This document shows positions 15,059 to 20,000 of a stretch of 20,000 bases of DNA, piece after piece. The notes under the pieces are model-generated. The model did not search any database and was not told the origin of the DNA. It saw nothing but the letters and a program-made list of their open reading frames with translations. The DNA is from an uncultured virus (IMG/VR IMGVR_UViG_3300028552_000002) (taxonomy: Duplodnaviria > Heunggongvirae > Uroviricota > Caudoviricetes). Position numbers and translations under genes: made by a program. The stretch lies in IMG/VR virus record IMGVR_UViG_3300028552_000002; one strand, given 5' to 3'. Each line of letters begins with the position of its first letter. Position 1 is the first letter of the stretch.

Positions 15059-15191
15059 TTAATTTGCGTATTCGCTCGCCAGCGTTACCTGTTACATACA
15101 ATATCCCCAACGGTTCACATGTTTTAAGGTGACATGCTCACTCAAGAGTCTTATTAATGCGCCCGGAAGCAAGTGGACGCAGTGTATAAGG

Positions 15192-15350
15192 CTATTTGTT
15201 CTTTGCAGCCTTAGCGGCAAGAATATAAGCATTGCGATTGCGAATACGTTCGTCGGCATTTAGGTTGTAGTCGTCTTTATAATTTACCATCGCCTGCATG
15301 TGGCAAAAGCGCGCCATGCGTAAGTTACTTCTGACAGTGATGTTTTCCAT
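15192..15350 (-). CDS. 52-aa basic hypothetical protein (absent from ORF track)
   Basis: MENITVRSNLRMARFCHMQAMVNYKDDYNLNADERIRNRNAYILAAKAAKNK; SD GGAG 8 nt upstream. Confidence 0.6.
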   Translation of the reverse strand: MENITVRSNLRMARFCHMQAMVNYKDDYNLNADERIRNRNAYILAAKAAKNK

Positions 15351-15379
15351 CTTTCATTCTCCAGGCGCCGCCGCCGCCG

Positions 15380-15571
15380 TTAGTTATTACGTGACGCGAG
15401 ATAGTTGCATCGCGCTATAGCAATGCTCAGTCCGTCTTCGTTCAGTGAATACGCACTATCCGATTCTGAATGAATAATTCCCACTTTCATTACAAAATAA
15501 GCGTTTTGCTGTTTGTTCTTTAATACAAAATATTTTCCATTTTCATGTTTAATATCAGACTCACGCATCAT
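15380..15571 (-). CDS. hypothetical protein
   Basis: 63 aa, SD GAGAGGA. Confidence 0.75.
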   Translation of the reverse strand: MMRESDIKHENGKYFVLKNKQQNAYFVMKVGIIHSESDSAYSLNEDGLSIAIARCNYLASRNN

Positions 15572-15585
15572 TATTCCTCTCGTTA

Positions 15586-15597
15586 GCCATCCCTGGC
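15586..15597 (-). promoter_or_regulatory. CsrA/RsmA-type hairpin GCC-AGGGAT-GGC
   Basis: CAGGGATG core about 5 nt upstream of the SD of 15380-15571. Confidence 0.55.
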
Positions 15598-15598
15598 G

Positions 15599-15619
15599 TT
15601 AAGCCCGGCGAACCGGGCG
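15599..15619 (-). repeat. 21-bp repeat, hairpin GCCCGG-TTCG-CCGGGC-TTAA (copy 1)
   Basis: Identical to 18426-18446; 6 nt after a stop codon. Confidence 0.9.
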
Positions 15620-15625
15620 GTAAGA

Positions 15626-15883
15626 TTACCAATCTTCGCCCAAGGCGTCGATTTCGTCACGTTCGATTTGATCGACTTCTTCCTGATCCAAGTCACCCTG
15701 GAATTTGAAATCATCATCCGCGTCAGGAAAAGTTTCGCTTGAGAAAACTTCTGCAACGTCACCGCGAACATAAAACGGCATACCATTTTCGTCGAAACTT
15801 TTTACTCTAACATTTTTGTCGCCGTTATCCGAGGTTTCACCTGACGTACCGTTAGTTAACATTACAATTCGAATGGTTTTCAT
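15626..15883 (-). CDS. acidic hypothetical protein
   Basis: 85 aa, SD AGGT; very Asp/Glu-rich C-half. Confidence 0.8.
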   Translation of the reverse strand: MKTIRIVMLTNGTSGETSDNGDKNVRVKSFDENGMPFYVRGDVAEVFSSETFPDADDDFKFQGDLDQEEVDQIERDEIDALGEDW

Positions 15884-15899
15884 TTTATCTACCTATGTT

Positions 15900-15956
15900 T
15901 TGTTTCGATAGACTCAGTATACGCCAATGAACATGTAAGGCAACTGTTCATTGGCG
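15900..15956 (-). promoter_or_regulatory. sigma70-like promoter with inverted box pair and conserved leader
   Basis: TTGCCT-N16-TATACT; CGCCAATGAACA(15922-33)-N11-TGTTCATTGGCG(15945-56); leader TCTATCGAAACAA. Confidence 0.8.
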
Positions 15957-15967
15957 AAAAATGAAAA

Positions 15968-16240
15968 TTATTTTTCAGTATGAATCATTAGGCTAAGAAA
16001 AGGCACTAAATAAACTTTATCTGTTAGATCGAAAGGATAAATTTCTCCGGTATCGAGTCGCGCTGCCATTGGGTTAAGAGGGATATTAGGGAAATCGTGA
16101 TTTCTTATTTTTATATAGAAACAATTTCTTTCTTCGTCACCAGTTTCAGTTTTTTGACGAACGACAGATGAGAAGGCGTCACCTTCTTTTAAATCTTCAA
16201 ATTTACAAGACACATTCGACGGTTCTATTCCGAGCATCAT
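15968..16240 (-). CDS. hypothetical protein
   Basis: 90 aa, SD GGAG. Confidence 0.75.
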   Translation of the reverse strand: MMLGIEPSNVSCKFEDLKEGDAFSSVVRQKTETGDEERNCFYIKIRNHDFPNIPLNPMAARLDTGEIYPFDLTDKVYLVPFLSLMIHTEK

Positions 16241-16270
16241 ATTATAACTCCAGTTAAATCATGTTAATTT

Positions 16271-17419
16271 TTAACCCTTAACGTTTACAATTGGCGTTAC
16301 ATGAGTGATTACTTGAATTAAATCTTTTTGTAAATCCATTACTTCGTAAATATTTTTGTATGACATGGGAGATTCATCAATTCTTTTTACGTCTACATTC
16401 GCGGCAGGAACGTTAATCATAGACGCCTTAAATTCTTCGAGCGTAATTCGTTTCTTTGCTTGATTCCGAGACATTACGCGCCCGGCACCGTGAGAAGATG
16501 AATTCATAGAATCAGGATTTCCCTTTCCCAGGACAATAAAAGATCCGTCTCTCATATTTCCAGGGATTACGCCATACATGCCCGCGTCGGCATGAGTCGC
16601 ACCTTTCCTATGTATCCAACGACCATTAACTAATTCTGCATGATTATGATTACGATTAATAAAATCGTTTACTGGAATCCTTCTTCCAAAAATTTCATCC
16701 ATCAAATCTATTACTATAGTAATCATCAATCTACGATTCATCAAGGCGAATTCTAAGCAATAATTCATGTCGATAATATATTGCTTACCTAATTCACTAT
16801 TAACGTCTAAAGCACTTGCCGTTTCTGCTTTTCTTTCATCGTTATATTGTTCTGCCGCTGCTTTCATATAAAATTCAGCCGTGGCATGTCCTAACGAACG
16901 AGAACCAGAATGAATGATAATCCAAGTAGAATTATCAGTATCATCTTTACCTATTTCGATAAAATGATTTCCGCCGCCAAGCGTTCCTAAACATTTAGGA
17001 CCGTAAGGAATATGACACGAAATATTGTCAGTGAATGGCAAAGAAATATTGTCAGTGAATGGCAAAGAAATATTGTCTGGATAATCTTTTGCCAACTTTT
17101 CTTGAGCTTGATTATTTTTGGCAAATCCAACAGGAATACGTTTCATAATTTCTAGTTGAATAGTATTTGCCATAGTATAAACAAGATCGGCATTAAGATC
17201 GAGATTGACGGCGCACATTCCGCAACCAATATCATATCCGACGAATGAGGGATAAATCGTTCCAATCGTGGCAACTACCGCACCAATTGGCAATACATAT
17301 CCGGTATGCGCGTCTGGCATTAACGCCCCCTGGACTACGTCAGGAAGTGCCATAACAGCATCATACTGTTCTAAAGCTGACGGTTCTAATACTTCAGCGT
17401 AAATTTTTGAAGGTTTCAT
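16271..17419 (-). CDS. rtcB: RNA-splicing/repair ligase RtcB
   Basis: MPDAH.GY..PIG, VGYDIGCG, GTLGGGNHF, HSGSR, HNH, HRKGAT, PGNM, SHGAGR (His nucleophile), DESP..YK, C-terminal VKG. Confidence 0.96.
   Translation of the reverse strand: MKPSKIYAEVLEPSALEQYDAVMALPDVVQGALMPDAHTGYVLPIGAVVATIGTIYPSFVGYDIGCGMCAVNLDLNADLVYTMANTIQLEIMKRIPVGFAKNNQAQEKLAKDYPDNISLPFTDNISLPFTDNISCHIPYGPKCLGTLGGGNHFIEIGKDDTDNSTWIIIHSGSRSLGHATAEFYMKAAAEQYNDERKAETASALDVNSELGKQYIIDMNYCLEFALMNRRLMITIVIDLMDEIFGRRIPVNDFINRNHNHAELVNGRWIHRKGATHADAGMYGVIPGNMRDGSFIVLGKGNPDSMNSSSHGAGRVMSRNQAKKRITLEEFKASMINVPAANVDVKRIDESPMSYKNIYEVMDLQKDLIQVITHVTPIVNVKG
17019..17077. repeat. perfect 24-bp tandem repeat (about 2.5 copies) inside rtcB
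   Basis: GAAATATTGTCAGTGAATGGCAAA x2 + GAAATATTGTC; encodes DNISLPFT-DNISLPFT-DNIS. Confidence 0.95.
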
Positions 17420-17427
17420 TTAAAATC

Positions 17428-17655
17428 CTATTTATTAGTTAACAAATCACTCATCGTTTTTGTCGTCACGATTCCGTTTTGATGAGTGATTTTAAAATAA
17501 TTCGTCAAGCAATATGGGCATGTGCTAAAAGTGTCGCCAGGATCCGGAGAAGTCTTTAATATTTGGCGGCAATAAGGACATTTAAAGACTAAAAATTTCT
17601 CCCCTCTTCCTTCTGCGTTGTTGATATATTTAAGATAATTTTCAAGTAAAGACAT
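17428..17655 (-). CDS. zinc-ribbon protein
   Basis: CPYC...CPYC, 75 aa. Confidence 0.75.
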   Translation of the reverse strand: MSLLENYLKYINNAEGRGEKFLVFKCPYCRQILKTSPDPGDTFSTCPYCLTNYFKITHQNGIVTTKTMSDLLTNK

Positions 17656-17657
17656 AT

Positions 17658-17963
17658 TTAATCCTCACAAATAATGGAACCGTGTCGCATGATAGAATTA
17701 ACCATCCATTCATACCCGCAGAATCCTTTGCTGCCTTCAATAGCCTTGTCTCGCTTCTTCGATCCATCCACAACAGCAACGGAGATCCCGGCTCGCCAAC
17801 CATCACCGAAAGAATAAGAATAATATTGACCGTCTTGAATTTTAACGGCGTCGTTTCCAATTAATTGCCGAGCGATGCAGTATTTATTTTCTTGTCCAGA
17901 CCATTTTCCATTCCAGGAATTATTTCCAGGCATCGATAGCGTAAAGATCGCATGTTTAGACAT
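17658..17963 (-). CDS. conserved phage hypothetical protein
   Basis: FTLSMPGNNSWNGKWSG...FGDGWRA...GFCGYEWMVNSI; SD AAGGA before ATG17963. Confidence 0.8.
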   Translation of the reverse strand: MSKHAIFTLSMPGNNSWNGKWSGQENKYCIARQLIGNDAVKIQDGQYYSYSFGDGWRAGISVAVVDGSKKRDKAIEGSKGFCGYEWMVNSIMRHGSIICED

Positions 17964-17973
17964 TTTATTTCCT

Positions 17974-18159
17974 TTAGATTTCAAATTTTACTTGATAGCC
18001 GCGCTTGACTAATTCTCCGACGATTTTTGAACGCCTTTTAATTGATTCAAGTTCTTCTTTCTTTAAAGACAAAAGTTTTTGTCTTATCATTTTGATGTCA
18101 GTTTCTTTTTCCAAGAACAAAGATTTTAGACCTGCGTCGGTATATTCTTGAATGTTCAT
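17974..18159 (-). CDS. small coiled-coil hypothetical protein
   Basis: TAATG coupling, SD GGAG. Confidence 0.7.
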   Translation of the reverse strand: MNIQEYTDAGLKSLFLEKETDIKMIRQKLLSLKKEELESIKRRSKIVGELVKRGYQVKFEI

Positions 18160-18416
18160 TATCTCCACCTGTCATGATCTTTGCATACATATTTATACTC
18201 AAAGTACTGAACGGGAATCATTGCTAAAAACTCGCCTTTAGATCCGTAAATAGTTTGAAAATACATTACGGGCTTTGACTCGTTTGTGATTTGACATTCC
18301 TGAATTCTCATTTCTATGGTATCAGCATACCAAAAATATCCGATTAAAATAAAAACAATGATAAAAAATAAGCATACTAAAGAAAATACTCTATCTGTTG
18401 ACATTCTAAAGTTCAT
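18159..18416 (-). CDS. membrane-anchored hypothetical protein
   Basis: N-terminal TM VFSLVCLFFIIVFILIGYFWY; SD TAAGGA directly after the hairpin. Confidence 0.75.
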   Translation of the reverse strand: MNFRMSTDRVFSLVCLFFIIVFILIGYFWYADTIEMRIQECQITNESKPVMYFQTIYGSKGEFLAMIPVQYFEYKYVCKDHDRWR

Positions 18417-18425
18417 TTTAAATCC

Positions 18426-18446
18426 TTAAGCCCGGCGAACCGGGCG
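18426..18446 (-). repeat. 21-bp repeat, hairpin GCCCGG-TTCG-CCGGGC-TTAA (copy 2)
   Basis: Identical to 15599-15619; 7 nt after a stop codon. Confidence 0.9.
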
Positions 18447-18453
18447 CGGCAAG

Positions 18454-18687
18454 TTAAAGATATTTATCTCTGAAAGCCTGGAGCCAGTTTTCGATGGATT
18501 GGAAAGTACGACTATTGATCGTGTCGATATGAGATTCTTGAAATCTTTCCCAACGGCTAACCATCGCTTTGATACGTTCATCGTTAGCAAAGTAAGGATT
18601 GTTCTTTGCGAAAACAAAGCTGCTACGATTGCCAGCGTTGTTCAAAACTTCTTTTATTTCTGCCGCTGTATAACTTTTCGTTGACAT
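18454..18687 (-). CDS. hypothetical protein (77 aa)
   Basis: Start MSTKSY at 18687; the track start at 18738 lies inside the promoter. Confidence 0.75.
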   Translation of the reverse strand: MSTKSYTAAEIKEVLNNAGNRSSFVFAKNNPYFANDERIKAMVSRWERFQESHIDTINSRTFQSIENWLQAFRDKYL

Positions 18688-18702
18688 TTTTGAATCTCTA
18701 CG

Positions 18703-18760
18703 TTGTTTCGATAGAGATATAATAGCGACAATGAACATCGCTGTAAAGTGTTCATTGTCG
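18703..18760 (-). promoter_or_regulatory. sigma70-like promoter with inverted box pair and conserved leader
   Basis: TTTACA-N17-TATTAT; CGACAATGAACA(18726-37)-N11-TGTTCATTGTCG(18749-60); leader TCTATCGAAACAA. Confidence 0.85.
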
Positions 18761-18776
18761 GAATTTGAAAATAATT

Positions 18777-19052
18777 TTACGATGTTTTATTTTCAATGCA
18801 AAGCAATGTTTCTATCCGTTCGTCTATTTCTTTAAGTTCTATATGAGCAGCAGCTTGGATTTCTTTCTTTTTTTCTTTTAAAGCTTCGATACTTTTAGTT
18901 TTTAGAAGATCGTCGCTGGGAATATCAAAACAAACTTCTTTTTCATCTATAAGCAAAAAATCTTTACTTTTTGTAAGATAAGGAGTGACAAAAAATATTT
19001 TATTTTTGACATCATAATTCATGTATACCGTTTGAATTTTTGTTCCACTCAT
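18777..19052 (-). CDS. hypothetical protein
   Basis: 91 aa, ATGA coupling; C-terminal coiled coil ending LLCIENK. Confidence 0.75.
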   Translation of the reverse strand: MSGTKIQTVYMNYDVKNKIFFVTPYLTKSKDFLLIDEKEVCFDIPSDDLLKTKSIEALKEKKKEIQAAAHIELKEIDERIETLLCIENKTS

Positions 19053-19249
19053 TTTTCTTGTCCTCGATTAAGCAATTCATCGAACGATTTGGCTACTGAT
19101 TTAAAAGCGTTGATCTTTCTACTGGCCGACAATAGAATTAAATAAATATCGTTTATTTTCCCTACGTCTAAATGATAATAATCGCATTCTAATAGAGCTG
19201 CGATATCAATATTTAAGCTTGTTACCAACTCTTCTACGTTAGATTTCAT
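19049..19249 (-). CDS. hypothetical protein
   Basis: 66 aa, ATGA coupling, SD TAAGG. Confidence 0.7.
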   Translation of the reverse strand: MKSNVEELVTSLNIDIAALLECDYYHLDVGKINDIYLILLSASRKINAFKSVAKSFDELLNRGQEK

Positions 19250-19467
19250 AAAAACGCCTTAGTTAAATTTTTATACATTGTACCAATTTTTCTTAATTGA
19301 TGAGGAAGATATACGCGAGTCGATCCGTTTTGATCTAGTAATATTTTGATCAAAAAATTTCCATCGAATTTATCAACAGATTTTACAACGCCAGAAATAT
19401 TATTGTCGGAAATTAACTCGACAATGTCTCCTTCGCTAAAAAGGGGTTTCAAAATTATTTTTTTCAT
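19246..19467 (-). CDS. hypothetical protein (FSEGDIV SH3-like)
   Basis: 73 aa, SD AGGAG. Confidence 0.7.
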   Translation of the reverse strand: MKKIILKPLFSEGDIVELISDNNISGVVKSVDKFDGNFLIKILLDQNGSTRVYLPHQLRKIGTMYKNLTKAFL

Positions 19468-19861
19468 AATCTTTTATCTCTCCTAATATTTCACTTCCCA
19501 TCAACCAGACGCTTTTTCCGTCAGAGTGATTGCCATGGTACAAAACATTATTGAACCCATCGTTTTGATCTTTGTCAGTCCAATCTAGTTTTGCAATCCC
19601 ATAACCAGGAGACTCAGAATCTTTATTTTCTAAATAAAAAACATAAGATCCTACCTTATACATTTCTTTCTTTTCATAATTAAAGTTAAATTTGAAATCG
19701 TAATCTTCGCCTTCGATGCACCACGATTCATAACTATAGTTATGATTTTTTTGAGTCAATTCCTTCGCATCGTTCTCTTCTCTCAAAACGCAAATAATAT
19801 CAAAAGTTTCGTCTTTGACTATGTGAATGATACTTAAAATTTCTCTTTCAGGCGTTTCCAT
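19436..19861 (-). CDS. hypothetical protein
   Basis: 141 aa, SD GAGGA, first gene after promoter 19887-19915. Confidence 0.8.
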   Translation of the reverse strand: METPEREILSIIHIVKDETFDIICVLREENDAKELTQKNHNYSYESWCIEGEDYDFKFNFNYEKKEMYKVGSYVFYLENKDSESPGYGIAKLDWTDKDQNDGFNNVLYHGNHSDGKSVWLMGSEILGEIKDYEKNNFETPF

Positions 19862-19886
19862 GATAATTCCTCTTTTATTTCTTTCT

Positions 19887-19915
19887 ATTGTAAAGCGCCA
19901 ATGAACAAAAGTCCA
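19887..19915 (-). promoter_or_regulatory. sigma70-like promoter with a box in the spacer
   Basis: TGGACT-N17-TACAAT; CGCCAATGAACA at 19896-19907. Confidence 0.75.
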
Positions 19916-20000
19916 TTTAAATCGTAAAATTTAATAAAATTTTATTTAGATTTAATCATTAGAAGATCTTAACTGTTTATTCATTGATTATTGCTCGTTT

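Noticed and set aside
15365..15379. (GCC)4 microsatellite
   Set aside because: Short and intergenic, with no evidence of function
2678..18455. GGCGCGGC(AAGTT) shared at 2678, 10702 and 18443
   Set aside because: Contexts are inconsistent and similar CGCGGCAA words occur in coding DNA; cannot support a motif
273..18684. Shadow ORFs (273-464, 803-1021, 903-1301, 2396-2644, 4195-4383, 4402-4584, 6421-6681, 7831-8097, 8711-8926, 10320-10613, 11356-11577, 12806-12991, 15583-15786, 17642-17860, 17682-17864, 18426-18617, 18499-18684)
   Set aside because: Each overlaps a better-supported gene in another frame or strand and lacks SD or coupling
15599..18760. Repeats as a CRISPR array or integron attC sites
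   Set aside because: Only two copies 2.8 kb apart, no regular spacers, no cas or intI, no RYYYAAC/GTTRRRY cores

Overview
Fragment of an AT-rich tailed-phage genome. The terminase large subunit closely resembles the PB1-like (Lindbergviridae-type) TerL as I remember it, and the accessory genes look enterobacterial. The + strand carries a DUF1737/head-fibre-like gene, a ~600 bp non-coding region with a 73-bp-arm ungapped inverted repeat, a probable terminase small subunit, and TerL interrupted in its Walker A motif by a 369-aa LAGLIDADG intein. Almost everything else is a dense leftward array of small early/accessory genes. These include RtcB RNA ligase, an HslV-like Ntn peptidase, NinH-, Ead/Eaa- and Lar-like proteins, and three broken genes (Q antiterminator, a DUF551-like remnant and a frameshifted conserved hypothetical). 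The most unusual signal is regulatory. A 12-bp box CG(C/A/T)CAATGAACA sits in five leftward sigma70-like promoters, twice as a 12-11-12 inverted pair. Two of these promoters begin matched cassettes: promoter, identical 13-bp leader, unrelated small gene, identical 21-bp UUCG hairpin. Three of the promoters have stems that would hide the RBS only in read-through mRNA. A C4-like structured RNA ending in ACCA and two CsrA-type GGA hairpins are also present. All family assignments come from motif recognition, not database searches.
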